A DNA stretch of 64,000 nt from Nemertoderma westbladi (taxonomy: Eukaryota > Animalia > Xenacoelomorpha). The stretch's first letter is position 1. Every line of letters starts with the position of its first letter. The notes below the pieces were generated by a model. The model did no database searches, was not told the DNA's origin, and saw nothing but the letters and a program-made list of their open reading frames with translations. A program made the position numbers and the translations under genes. Location: positions 1-64,000 of the forward strand of contig JAUCBJ010005093.1 of assembly GCA_032718475.1 (NCBI GenBank), given 5' to 3'. Of the stretch, positions 12,650 to 25,266 are shown one piece after another.

Positions 12650-13460
12650 ACCATCTGTCACCAACAGTATTGATTCGAATCGTTGCATCAACCAATCATC
12701 AATATTCATCTATGCGTAGCCTAACCTAGCGATGCTCACATTACTCGACTGCTGTTATCAACCATCAGTATTGATTAGCGTCGTTGCATCAACCAATCAT
12801 CAATATTCATCTATGCGTAGCCTAATCTCGCGATGTATGGCTAGCCCCCACCTACCCATCGCTACTCGACTCCTGTTACCAACCAACAGCGATGCTCGCC
12901 TAGCCCTCCGGTTACTCCCCTTTTCGCCTCGCTACCACATACTGTATATGATGACAACGAAAGAGTCAGTCACAGACGTTGCCATCTCCGCACACGCATA
13001 TACCACGTCACGCCACGCCACGCTATTATATCGATTGCCAACTCATCGATTTACCCATCGCTAGAGCTACTTGACTGCTGTTACCAAACCAACCAACCAA
13101 CCAACCAGTATGATACATTAAATTCCCGCTACGCGTACACATCATCACGTACACGTTGTCGCATTTCCATAGTTACTCAACCTAACCTAACCCACAGCAT
13201 CTGTGCCATATTGAAAGGCTAACAATATACTGCGCGTTTTTATTATAATTATTGATTATTATTATTATTACGCACAACCCAATGATTCATTTTCCTACTC
13301 ACACTACCAACCAACCAACCAGCCAGTATGAGTGTTATATGAGACATGAAATCCCGCTACGCGTACGCGTACACGTACAATAGTGATTATTATTATTATT
13401 ATTACGCAGAACCCAATAATTTTCAATTGTACTGTATTTCCCTACCAACTAATCAACCAA
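12650..13460. repeat. Imperfect ~100-bp duplication and (CCAA)n/(ATT)n-containing duplication
   Basis: CGTTGCATCAACCAATCATCAATATTCATCTATGCGTAGCCTAA twice; CCAACCAACC...CCCGCTACGCGTAC twice. Confidence 0.75.
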
Positions 13461-13628
13461 CCAATAAACCGAATTTAGGCTATTTCTCGGTTTAACTGTA
13501 TTATTTTTGAAAATATCTTATATATAATCTCTTGCTTTAATCACAATTAATCATTTATAATGGTTTTAGTTTAAAAATTTTTACTTTGTTTGTTTGATTT
13601 ACAATAAAATAATTAAATAAATTAAATA

Positions 13629-14071
13629 ATGTCTTCTGATTCCGATATGGTTATGCCAATAGTAAGGCATTCATTTTTTGCAGAAGATGATGAAGCCTAT
13701 ATTGTTATTGATTATATAATTTACCGTCGAGGAGATGATAAATATAAAATCGATTTTTTAAAAAGCCAGGAAAGTTTTAAGCTCAATTGATATTGATGCT
13801 TCTGAAAATACAATTTATCTCTTAGATTACAACCTAAAAGATGATCACGGAGGAAAAATTAATCAACATCTTACTATTATCCATGATAGAGGGGTTAATT
13901 GTTATTACACAATACAACGAAGCTGGTGAAAAGTTTGAAATACAGCTAAATCGACATAATCCCTACGAAATTATGTCTTTCTTTATTGTAATGATTTCAA
14001 AAGAATCCTTTGTCGAGACTGAAGAATCAACAGATAATGTTGAATTTGTTGATAATATCATTGATTCTTGA
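13629..14071 (+). pseudogene. Hypothetical Polinton protein, frameshifted
   Basis: ATG 13629 (MSSDSDMVMP...) and downstream 76-aa ORF; no recognised motif. Confidence 0.35.
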
Positions 14072-14253
14072 CTTTTCCCCTTATATTATAAATATTTTAT
14101 GATTATTTTTAAAATTTTGATCTTTTTAATTATGAAAAAAAAAAAAAATTTTAAATAATCGAAAATTGTAGTAGTATTTGTATATACAGTATATCGGATT
14201 TGTTTGTTGTGTATTGAGGTAATTATTTTCAATTTTTCTTTAAAATTTGAAAA

Positions 14254-14703
14254 ATGGATATTTTAAACGAAAAATGTCCAGTTTGCTATTCTAAGTTATT
14301 GCAACATCGAGATTATTATAAATGTGAAAATAAACATGCAACTTGCGCGCGATGTATTGTACAATATTCCGAAATGAATAATTATTGTTCTAAAATTTGT
14401 CCTATTTGTCGTGCGCGCATATCTAAGTTAAATATGAAGTTGGCGAGATACGACCCCTATTATTGGAAAGAGCTACGAAATATAACTTATATTTCTGCGG
14501 AAAGTAATGATCCTGGAGATTTATTTACAATATTGGAGAATATTTTTTATAGAAATGTAGTACGACGGTGTTGCTACTATGTTCCTTATTTTTTCAACAG
14601 CGAAGTTAGAAAAATCATCGGTGCAAAATTCCAGGGAAGTGATTTCCATGCTGCTGATGTTACCTATCATTATCTCGTGTATAAAGGTGCTAATGCTCAT
14701 TGA
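14254..14703 (+). CDS. RING-finger protein (putative E3 ubiquitin ligase)
   Basis: CPVC-x11-CENKH-ATCARC-x12-CPICR, C3HC4-type pattern. Confidence 0.82.
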   Translation: MDILNEKCPVCYSKLLQHRDYYKCENKHATCARCIVQYSEMNNYCSKICPICRARISKLNMKLARYDPYYWKELRNITYISAESNDPGDLFTILENIFYRNVVRRCCYYVPYFFNSEVRKIIGAKFQGSDFHAADVTYHYLVYKGANAH

Positions 14704-14926
14704 ATTACATTGATTAAGTCTATACAACATCAACAACAATCGGAAATAGCGCCTATAGTTGGGTGACAGTTGCGACACGTGTTTATTAAATATACAGTAC
14801 TGCTAATATTGTAGTTGCATCAATTATTGTTATTATATACATAGTAATGGTGATGATGGTTCTTTATGTTATATTATATTGTATTGTAATAATAATATTG
14901 TATAATGTATTGTATAATAATAATAA

Positions 14927-15610
14927 ATGGCTGACTTTAATTCAGGTCCATATAATTTAAACTTTCAAATGGGAACGAGTATGATAATTTCTGGCCCGTC
15001 TGGTTCCGGAAAGTCTACATTTGTTGGTAATTTAATTAAACTCAAGAATGGCTGCTTCAACGAACCCCCCTTACGAGTATTGTATTGTTACGGGAGCAAT
15101 CCCCCGACTATTCCTGGTATTACTCACCTTTACAAAGGTTTGCCTGAAAATATAGATAGTTTAGTAAATAGCCGAGATTTATTAATTATAGATGATTTAT
15201 TAACAGAAAATGAGTCTCGTACAGCCTTAACTGTATTGTTTACTAAGGTTGCTCATCATTCCAATATATTTATTTGTTTTATAATGCAAAACATGTTTTA
15301 CAGTGGGAAGCATAACCGCACAAGATCAATTAATAGCCATACCTTAGTATTAATGAAAAATCCGCGAGACAGTTTATCGGTTTTAAATTTCACGAAGCAG
15401 ATGTTACCAGGGCAGACCAAATTTTTAGTAGATTCCTATCAAGATGCAACTATTGAACCATTTTCACATTTCTTAATTGATTTACGACAGGAAACACCCA
15501 AACATTTAAGATTTAGATCGGATATATTTCGTAATCATAATTGTTACATTAAAAATTACATTGACTATAAATGTAGCGAAAATAATAATAATAATAATAA
15601 TAATAATTAA
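14927..15610 (+). CDS. Polinton packaging ATPase (FtsK/A32-like)
   Basis: Walker A GPSGSGKST, Walker B LLIIDDL, FIMQNMF, RTRSINSHTLVLMKNPRD. Confidence 0.93.
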   Translation: MADFNSGPYNLNFQMGTSMIISGPSGSGKSTFVGNLIKLKNGCFNEPPLRVLYCYGSNPPTIPGITHLYKGLPENIDSLVNSRDLLIIDDLLTENESRTALTVLFTKVAHHSNIFICFIMQNMFYSGKHNRTRSINSHTLVLMKNPRDSLSVLNFTKQMLPGQTKFLVDSYQDATIEPFSHFLIDLRQETPKHLRFRSDIFRNHNCYIKNYIDYKCSENNNNNNNNN

Positions 15611-15643
15611 TATTTTGTAGCAATTTTCAATAATGTTGCAACA

Positions 15644-16027
15644 ATGAATAGACTTGTGCAGAAATATCGTAACGAATTGGAATTTCTACGCAGCGCTACC
15701 CCTCAACAAAGAACTTATTTTATTAACCATACCGCGAGTAACGAATTAATACGGCTCATTGTAAATACTGCATTAAATGTTCTAAAAGGTAACGTACAAT
15801 TGACCCCTCATTAATTTAGAAATATTCGTCGTTATAAAAAGGTATTAAAATCACTCAACCGCAAAACAAAAAATATATCAAGTTACAGAAAAAAGTTAAC
15901 CGATCAATCTGGTGGTATACTACCGTTTCTAATACCCTTACTCGGCATTGGCGTGAAACTTGCTGCGGGAGCTGGGGCCGCCGCCGCTGGTGCGGCTATT
16001 GCGAAAAGAATTAACCGTGGACAGTAA
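15644..16027 (+). pseudogene. Small basic Polinton virion protein with QSGG protease site and hydrophobic tail (internal TAA 15812-15814)
   Basis: Hand translation MNRLVQKYRNELEFL...NVLKGNVQLTPH*...LTDQSGGILPFLIPLLGIG...; resembles the conserved ORF following the Maverick ATPase. Confidence 0.7.
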
Positions 16028-16248
16028 TAATGGTTAAAACGGGAGTAACATTTAGAAAATTATATTTAGTATCGAGTAAACCGTTAGCTACTGATTTAAA
16101 ACCTCAAGATATACCTAGAGTAAATACTACAAAAAGAAAACCCTTCAAAACATCAACTTCAAAGAAGATAAAAAAATTTCAGCTGTTTTTACGGTGATGC
16201 CCTTTATAAGAGATTTGAATATACATATTACTTGCGGTTGTCGAAAAG

Positions 16249-17338
16249 ATGCCACGCAAGATGAGACTGATTTTAAGCCGAAGCTTACACAAAAAACTGT
16301 TAAGAATTTATTTAGATCCTTCATCACCTGCGGGTTTTGCAAGTATCGCAAAATTAGCAAAAGCCGCAAACATCAAACCAGCTCAAGCCCAGAAATGGTT
16401 GAGCGGGCAAAAGACATACTCCCTTCACGCACCATGTAGACATCATTATCCACCATCTAAAATATTTACGGGAGGGTTAAAAGATATATATATGATAGAT
16501 CTGGTGGATATGCAGCAATATAAATCGCAAAATAATAATTATAACTATATATTAACATGTATTGATGCCTTTAGCCGGCTTGCTTTTGCCTATGGTATGA
16601 AAACAAAAACAGGTATTGAAATTATTAGTATATTGCAAAAAATATTCCAGAAGGGTAAACCAAACAGAATCGCGACTGATCAAGGGTCTGAGTTTCTAAA
16701 TAAATCTGTAAGAAAATATTTAGATACTATTGGTGTACAGTATTACGTAATGTACTCTGTGAATAAGGTGGCTATTATCGAGAGATTCAATAGAACATTA
16801 AAAACAAAGATGTTCAAAATTTTCACGCAACGGGTAAATAATGTTTGGATAAAAATTTTACCGAAGCTTATTTTTGCTTATAATAGGTCATTTCATAGGA
16901 CTATACAAATGACGCCCATTGAAGTTAATAAATTTAATGAAACTGAATTAATGAATAGATTATATGGGAAATATAGACAGATTAATCACAAGAAAATAAA
17001 ATTTAAAGTTGGAGATACAGTACGATTATCTATCGCGCGTAATGCTTTTGCTAAAAGCCATTGAGAACAATGGACACGTGAATTATTTATTATTCATCAG
17101 GTCAGATTGGATAGAGTACCAGCAGTAATGTTCGATATTAAGGACAGTGCCGGTGCTATAATAAATGGTTCATTTTATTCATACGAACTCCAAAAGGTCC
17201 ACCCGAGTAGTAATATTTATCTTCCAATTGACAAAAATATTGGCAAACTTAAAGAACGTGTGCGCAATGGGAAAAAAAGAATATTTAGTCCGATTCATTG
17301 GATCCAAAAAACAGTCGTGGGTACAGCATATTCAATAA
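16249..17338 (+). pseudogene. Polinton retroviral-type integrase with chromodomain-like tail
   Basis: MIDLVD, TDQGSEF, IERFNRTLK; TGA at 17062, then QWTRELF...GSFYSYELQKV and a frameshifted GKKEYLVRFIG...SWV. Confidence 0.92.
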
Positions 17339-17855
17339 GTTTAGGTTTATACTGTATATTAGTTCATTGAGTGAATAATGGTCACATATGACCGTAATTA
17401 ATCAATATTAACTCAAATGATATTACTATACTGTACTGTAAGTCTAATATCTATAGTTCATTCGCTTTAAATAAAGCCAGTAAAATATTGATCACTCGCA
17501 TATACTGCAGAAGCGGTAATGAACGTGGTAACAGATGTCTATAATTTAACATTATACTGTATATACAAAGGAGATAAGTAGAGAGAGCTTAAATAATAAT
17601 AATGGCCATAGATACATATATCACTCTAGTTTCAGATAGCTCATTAAACACATACCCCAATAATAACCCTAGCGAGTTTACTGTTGATTTAGCCGAAGAA
17701 TTATAATTATATTGGTCCAAACGCTAAAATTGGGCTTGCCGAGATTCAATACCAAGCAACATACAGTAATATTACTTTGCAAACTCAAATCTCACTGTCA
17801 ATCGGGGTAGATGCAAAAGATGCCAAATTATACAGTTTATTTCCAGGTATGCATA

Positions 17856-19852
17856 CAGTCGGGGTCTCAAAGTGCATCTGTTCTTTGAGATTTTCTCAAA
17901 GTTTTTCTAAAAGTGTCTAAAAGTCATTACATTACTCCCAACGGCCGCTTTGAATTCTTGTAGACACTTTTAGTTGGGAATCTCAAAGTGATTTCCTGCT
18001 TTTAGGCACTTTGAATTCTTTGAGAAATGTCACTTTGAGTTAGGTTGCGGCACTTTGAATTCTTTGAGAAAATAAACTCCGAGGTATTCCTGATTGACAG
18101 CTCGTGGTAAGTTAACAGATGCAGAGGCATTCTCGGGGAACAATATCATGCGGGCAACAAAGTGATACTTGTGTGCTGGCCAGTTGTTCCCTAGAAGCTG
18201 TTCCCATTAATTTATCATATTGAGGTTCCTGAGGTCATTACGGGATGGGTTTTCGGTCGCAAGTACAAATTTAATTTACGGCGCCCTAAAGTCATTCCAA
18301 AAAAACATTCTTAAAAATCAAATAATACATGAAACATAATTAGTGAAACAAGATTAATGCTTGACAAGATTGATTATTTTAATAACATAATACAATATCA
18401 GATTAACAATTAATATAAGAAAAACTGCACTGCAGTTTCTCTGTATACATAGTTTCATTATAATGACCTAAAGAAGCCCTGTTTGGAGAAAGCTTGTAAT
18501 AACATTTGTTATTCATTTCATTAGTCACCTGAGGTCAAACCGTACTACCGTAACTGTTTAATTAATATGATAACTATGTTGACGAGAGCGCGAGAATTCC
18601 TTCTTAAAAACTAAGAAAGGCTTTCGACTTTCAAGTACGATAGAACGGCTACACACTTGTGTTGTTTTAGCTTAATAGAGATATTAAAATATCCCCTGCC
18701 CCTGGCGTTTATATTTGAGCATATTTTAAATGTTTGCCTCATATTCAATTGATGTGTACCGCGGGGTACCGCCTTCTGGAAAAGCGGCACCCAGTTTAAA
18801 CTATCAATCACAGCTAGCGAGTAGCGACCCATGGACGGCGACCTTCAAACAAACAGGTGCAGAGCCGGAAAGAACTGTCGTGTTGCTGTTTGCTTGGCTT
18901 GTGGTACCATTTGATTACATAATAGATTTTGGCAGACTGGGCGGTCGCTCTGACCTGCATTGCGCACCAACAATGCCTAAAACTTCTATGGGAACAGCCA
19001 ATTAGAGCGCTTGAATCATTTCTCTTTATTCCTGCCTCTATCTTTATTCTTTACTTTGTATAACACAATTTACAGTGCGGCAAAGAAGGGCTGGTTGACA
19101 ATTGAAATGCATTGGTAAAGGAATTCGGCGTTCACGTGGGCTAAACAAATTTAAACAGTACAGTTTTAGCACTATACATTAATATAGATAGGGCAACAGA
19201 CAAACTGTCTATGACACAAATACCAACACATTCCAATAGCCCGCAATTATGGCGTCTCTAAAGAGTCAAATTATAAATTAATAAAATCCTCTATGAAACA
19301 ATAAAAATACCTACCAAAAATACTGCTGTATTAAATATTAGTTACTGCAGTAACAAATATTTATTACTGCAGCAACAAATATTTATTACTGCAGTATCAA
19401 ATATTTATTACTGCAGTAACAAATATTTATTACTGCAGTAACAAATATTTATTACTGCAATAATCAATATTAATAATTGAATAAATAATTGAATAAAAAT
19501 TTATACTGCAGTATCAAATTATTTGTTACTGCAGAAAAAAGACAATTTTTTATTACTGCAGTAATAATTAATTCTTACTTTCAGTAACAAATATTTATTA
19601 CTGCAGTATTTTTTGGAGGCATCTTTATTGTTTCATAGAGGTTTTTATTACTTATATTTTACCCTTTAGTCAAAGTCAATATACACCATTCCATAGCCAG
19701 CTTCAGGCTGGACTGTATGAAATGACTGACAGTACTACTTTGAAATCTTTGAGGACACTTTGTCATTTTCTTGGACCACTTTTAGAACTTTGAGACACTT
19801 TTAGTTCTTTGAGAAAATCTCAAAGAACAGATGCACTTTGAGACCCCGACTG
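17856..19852. mobile_element. Non-autonomous Tc1/mariner-type DNA transposon
   Basis: TIRs CAGTCGGGGTCTCAAAGTGCATCTGTTCTTTGAGATTTTCTCAAAG and reverse complement; TA on both sides (17854-55, 19853-54); no transposase. Confidence 0.9.
19258..19669. mobile_element. Foldback-like MITE with internal 21-bp repeats, nested in the Tc1-type element
   Basis: Imperfect ~70-bp inverted ends (CTAAAGAG...CCTCTATGAAACAATAAA / TTTATTGTTTCATAGAGG...CTTTAG) around (TTACTGCAGTAACAAATATTTA)n-type units. Confidence 0.7.
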
Positions 19853-20295
19853 TAGCTCTATTCAAGTCATTATTGATGATATAAATAAACTGTTTAATTC
19901 TGAAGCGAAATATAAAGATTTTGAATTCATTTTTAATACAAATAATTCTAGAATTAAATTTAAATTTCCTAAAAAGTTGAAAAAAATAAAATTAAGTCTA
20001 CGCGGTGATATAATACAAATTATAGGCTTAACACAATTATTGGATCAGAATCATCCGGGTATTCCGAATTGGGATATATACAGTACCACTACAGTGGATG
20101 AATTAAGCAATATAGAACAGCCGATATTAATTTTAAATTATATTGGACCAAAAATTTCAGAAATTGGTATTTTAGATTTTCCAGATCCCACGAATATTAC
20201 TCGTAATAAAGATACAATCTTCATATATACAGATATTATTAAAAGCTCTTTTGTTGGTGACGCTTTAGCTCCGCTCTTAAGAACCTGTCCTTTAA

Positions 20296-21145
20296 CCCTA
20301 TTCCACCTGGGCTCTTTTGTCCGAGATTCCACCTGGGGTTGGGCATAATATGCCCAACAGTTTATTATACACTAAAAAGTAATGATAATTTTATCAAAAC
20401 TTTCCAAATTTTCGCAGGTTTATAGAAAAATATATAATGCATCTGTTCTGAGTTTTATATATTCATAATTTTAAATAATATATCCATATAAATGAATTAT
20501 CATGAAGATAACCCATTATAGTAAAAAGATGAGATAATACTATACATACTCCTCCCAACACCACTGTCTGCCTAACTCTGCCTGACATCCCAAGTGAAAA
20601 TTTTGCTTGCAGGGGTGCTGTTATTGAATAGATTTATTCACCTCTGTTTATGTCTGCTGTATTACATTAGGAATATACTGGTTTCAATGGTGGTTGTTGT
20701 TTTATCCTAGTAGACTTATTGCTTGCTTATCTGTCAGTTTAGTATTTTGTTATTAAAAAATAATGTGATTGATGTGTACTAATCCAGGCAGTAGACAATC
20801 TCATGTTTGAATTTAACTTTACAACCCAGCCAAGTGAATGTCCTGGACCGTAATTGGTTGTATTCTAGCTTGTTGACCAAGGGAACTATCCAACCAGGGA
20901 TTATCTTTTCTACCAGTTAGGCTAATAAAGATATTATAATAAAAAAATGTGACTATGATATGAAAAACACACCATAGCACAAAAAGTATCAATGATGAAA
21001 AAAATATTTTGTTACCATCAGAAAGCCAATTAAATTCTAGGAAAAGTCAATGAATTTCATAATAATACATAAAAATCATCATGATGAATTTCTAAAAATA
21101 AAAAGTGTTGGGCAGATTCTGCCCAACCCCCCAGGTGGAATAGGG
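20296..21145. mobile_element. piggyBac-type MITE
   Basis: TTAA-CCCTATTCCACCTGGG...CCCAGGTGGAATAGGG-TTAA; removal restores the penton frame. Confidence 0.92.
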
Positions 21146-21320
21146 TTAACACAATTAAATCGAAAATATATTAATCACGAATATGAGAGCATTTGCTATT
21201 ACTCATTGTTGAATAAAAAACTAAAAACAATCTTAATTACTTTGCGTGAAGATCAAGGAGAATTAATTAATTTCAACGGAGGTCGCACTGTTATAACACT
21301 TAAGTTAATACGCGGTGGTG

Positions 21321-22166
21321 ATGGATGAATTCTATGTTAGGCTACCAAGTAACTCTTGTCCAATTGATTTCCCCCGTAATACTAATAGTAATTATCAGAT
21401 CAATTTTCATGGTGCCTTACCTATAAATCCAAACGAAAACTGGGTGGTTGGTATAAAAAGTATATTTTACTTAACCAAGTTACCATCCATGTATAACAAT
21501 GTAGAGAATGTTATTTTATTAAAAAAAGGGAAAACAAATTTTGAGGATACACTTCCATCCGGTTTGTTCTACAGTATTAATGACATTATAGATTATTTTA
21601 ACACTGGGGCGTTGAAAGATAAATTACAAATAGTTGAAAATACTCAGCAAAATATATTGCAATTTATTTTAGGGAAAACTGTACGAGAGTTATTTATAGG
21701 TCAACAATTAGCCTATTATTTTGGAATTACTGAAAATAATCTCGGTGCGAATTTAAATCCAAATTTTAAAATTATTTTGAAGACGAAAAATAATATAAAG
21801 GGTTATTTAATAAAGATTATCGGAAATGAAGAAAAAGCTTACCAAATGGTATTTTTATGTCCTCAACCACCCAATTCTATTCCAGAACCTAAGTCAAACA
21901 TGTATGTGACTACTAATATAATTGAAAATGAATATATTAATGATTTTGGCTTAGCTTTACTTCGTCGCGTGGCAATACCTGATGACGTGAAATATGGTAG
22001 TGTAATAAATAACGAATTTGCTAAGGATACAATTCATTATATCCCTGTAAAAAAATCATATAAGATAACATACATTCATATTGAAATAACAGACAAAGAA
22101 GGAAAAGATTTAAATTTTAAATATGGTACAACTTCTATTATCTTACACTTTAAAAAAATAAATTAA
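21321..22166 (+). CDS. Minor capsid (penton) gene 2, intact
   Basis: FYVRLPSNS..FPRNTNSNY...WVVGI...PSGLFYS...MYVTTNII...LLRRV...IEITDKEGKDLNFKYGTTSIILHFK. Confidence 0.85.
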   Translation: MDEFYVRLPSNSCPIDFPRNTNSNYQINFHGALPINPNENWVVGIKSIFYLTKLPSMYNNVENVILLKKGKTNFEDTLPSGLFYSINDIIDYFNTGALKDKLQIVENTQQNILQFILGKTVRELFIGQQLAYYFGITENNLGANLNPNFKIILKTKNNIKGYLIKIIGNEEKAYQMVFLCPQPPNSIPEPKSNMYVTTNIIENEYINDFGLALLRRVAIPDDVKYGSVINNEFAKDTIHYIPVKKSYKITYIHIEITDKEGKDLNFKYGTTSIILHFKKIN

Positions 22167-22167
22167 A

Positions 22168-22567
22168 ATGGATTCCGATTTATTTCAAAGATACAGTAAA
22201 CCTCAATATGGTGGTGCAGACTCTAATCTTGCTGTTTTTAAAGGTGGTAGAAGTATGAGAGGCTCGACGCAAGTTCCTGTTTTTCGAGGTGGTTCATATA
22301 TTGACCCTTACGGTCAACAAATTGGTGCATTTGGTCCAAACTTAAAACAACGTCGATTTCAACGTTATCGCAGAGGTATGCAGACAAATCAACACGGGGA
22401 AGGTATACTTACAGATGCTTTATCTACATTGAAAAAATTTGTAAAGCCATTAGCAAAAAAAGTTTTACAAAAAGCTTTACCATTTATCACAAAATTTATG
22501 AGACAACACGTAATACCAAAAGGTAAGCGTGTCTTACATCAGCAGGCTAATATGGTTATTAATAAAG
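22168..22567 (+). pseudogene. Basic core-like Polinton protein (PZ/pVII-like), truncated by element B
   Basis: QYGG, VFKGG, VFRGG and QHGEG cleavage-like motifs followed by an amphipathic Lys-rich helix; last codons of the listed ORF are LTR sequence. Confidence 0.7.
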
Positions 22568-23613
22568 TGTTAAACAAACTACCCCGGCCTAACCAATAAA
22601 GACACAAAACTGCTCTATTTATTAGACAGGGCAATCAGGAGCGTATTATTGCTAATGTAAGGGCTGCTAAATACAAAACCGCTACTCATCGTTAGATGGC
22701 GCTAACCTGCCGTCCGCTAATATATTTAACTAATTTTCTACGGCTCCTGCTAATTTCTTGTTCCTTTCTCTACCGATTACTCGATAGAGAGCTAATTGTT
22801 CGAATATATGAGCCACGCGGGAATAACCAAAACAATAACCCAAATCGGCTCCCTAAGCTGACTTAAAACAAGTATGAGAGACTTTACACTCAGAGTATAT
22901 TCTTACGGCCTAATCTAGCTGCTAAAACGCGTTAACAACAACGTCCTTTCTAATCTAATCTAATCGCATCTAATCGCATCTAATCGCTTCCCTAACAGAA
23001 TGTGTGAATGTGAGAATATTTAAATAATCAAAAATTGTTACAGTGTTTATTTCGGGACTCAAACTTACCTGCGGCTGGCTTTAGACCAGCAATTTACTGA
23101 TGCGCGCTATATACTGTATACTACGATGTGAATTATTGTCCGCTAATTCAAAAAACCGCCCAGCGTGAATAGTGTACGGTACTCTAAATTATTACCTTAA
23201 CTACCCTCCGCTATGGTGCGTACAAATTCTTAATTTTACTAAATAATTACAGTCACAAATATGTAACGGCGTACTAATTACTAAGTATTCCAGAGTGCGT
23301 AATTCTAATTTATTACTCAACGGGTCGCACTAGCAACAGCCTAAAATACCGTATTATTTTCGACCTAATCAGTAATTAATTACAGTAAACTAAGATATAG
23401 AAATCAATCAAAGGGAAAAGAGCGCCTATCCAAGCATTCGTGATTTTTTAGGCACACTTTAGTAACATACCAATCAGCGTAACAATATATAGTTTATACT
23501 TACCAATTTTAGTTCTTAACGCACAATTCACAATCAACAGTCAGATAGCAATTCGCAACGTAAAGCACGCAGGTCTCTCCCGGCTACATCTAGGCTTCCT
23601 AACTAACCCAATT
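22568..23613 (-). repeat. 3' LTR of element B (matched part; true LTR extends further right)
   Basis: Starts TGTTAAACAAACTACCCC on +; direct repeat of 39262-40357 with roughly 25-30 substitutions counted by eye. Confidence 0.95.
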
Positions 23614-25266
23614 CCTGTCCCCCTAATACTACAAAATAGAGACAAAATCTGGATCATCAGCCCCTAATTACTGCACCGGCGCACCTGACCCGCTCTACAC
23701 TGCGAACTTGCACCCGCAATAGTACTCCCACCAATGTTGCTCGTCTTTGAATCCTCCGCACCCCCTTCGTCGCTAACCCCCCAATGCGCCCGCCGCGCTT
23801 ACCGGTAACCTAACCCTCCATCAGAATGAATAGCTACCGTAGCGGCACATGCAAATCTCAAAGTCTGACAGTCTAAGAAATCCCGTAGGATTATTGTGTC
23901 GAAAGGAATCACATAGAACCATTTGCTAAAGGGTAGAAATCATAGTTCCAATTTGTAATTAACAGTAATAGTTGGGATTGATTGAGAAACACAAACAAGA
24001 ATCAACAGAAATTGCAAAGTAGCGAATCATTGCAAGAAAATCAAAAAGGCAGTAATTTACACAAAAAACTAAGCATCAAATAATAGTTTAACATGAAGGA
24101 TAACTGAAGTGAGGAGTAAGGTAGGGTGTGGTGTGGGATAAGGGGTACAGACACACCGGCAAAACGCCAATTTATAGGTGATTTGAGAGGAATGATGCAA
24201 TCGATCTCTTATTGGCTCCCCAATCCGAGCTATCATTAGACCAACCTGGAAGCAGTTAGGCCAATAAGAGAGCCGGATTGTGAACCTATTGCTCCCTGAA
24301 ATCGCAAATCGTTACCATAAAAGGTAATTTTCCCGATGCTTAATTTGGCGGTACTAATAATATCATGCACAAATGTTAATTTAGCGCAATTATAGAGAAA
24401 ATTAAAACCAGTAGCTAGCCCCATCAAGGCTAATAACAGCAAGCCCACATCCACGGTCCAACAAGAACTTGCTACCCTGGAACTATCTACTTATATCCTA
24501 TTACAAAATTACATAGGTAGGGCTACATACTACAAAATGGATGAGTTCAAAATATATGGGCGTTTCAATTTCCTTATCTAAATATCATTGCGCGTTATGC
24601 CTTATCTAAATAATTATACTGCATCACGGACTAATATATGATACTATATAATGAACTAATATATTATACTGTATGATGGACTAATATATGTACAGTATAA
24701 CGGACTAATATATTACATAATATAGGTACAGCGCCATATACCGTAACACCGCTCCAAGGGAAATCGAGCAATGTTTCCCTCCAATTGTAGAAGAGTGTAA
24801 GGCGATGTATACAAAACAAAATAAATCTCTTTCAAATAATCTAAATATCTTGGTACTATAATAATTCTACTATTTACAAATATTGCTATAGATATTGCAT
24901 AATGAATTGCATACAAATTAAATTTGCAAAATATTATCTCTTTCAAAGTTAACGATTATTACATACAAATTAAATTTACAAAAATACTGTTTCTCATTCG
25001 TTCTACATAATGATTACTACATACAAATTAAATTTACAAATTATTCACCTTTCAATATATAAAAATTTGCTAGGGCAGGTGAAAGGAGTAAGCCAAACCT
25101 GCAGGTTTGTCTCCCCAATCACCTCATTCGCCTCTCTCATAATATAAATTCAAATCAGTGCGACTAGTGTATATGAGTCCAGTCGGATATTTGCAAAATG
25201 CTACAATATACATCAGAGCGACGATGATGTATATATCTAGAGTCTGTCGCCCCGTGATACGATGCA

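Larger units (their letters stand above)
17602..21328 (+). pseudogene. Minor capsid (penton) gene 1, split by two DNA transposons
   Basis: YITLVSDSSLNTYPNNNPSEFTV...IGLAEIQY; removing the inserts gives PGMH|SSIQV and LLRTCPL|TQLN...ITLREDQGELINFNGGRTVITLKL; extra stop/frameshift ~17704. Confidence 0.85.

Noticed and set aside
18611-19005. Transposase within the TA-flanked element
   Set aside because: Short ORFs with no DDE or HTH motifs.
23645-23665. Hammerhead ribozyme cores (CTGATGA here on the minus strand and at ~47714)
   Set aside because: No stem II followed by GAAA in the required geometry.
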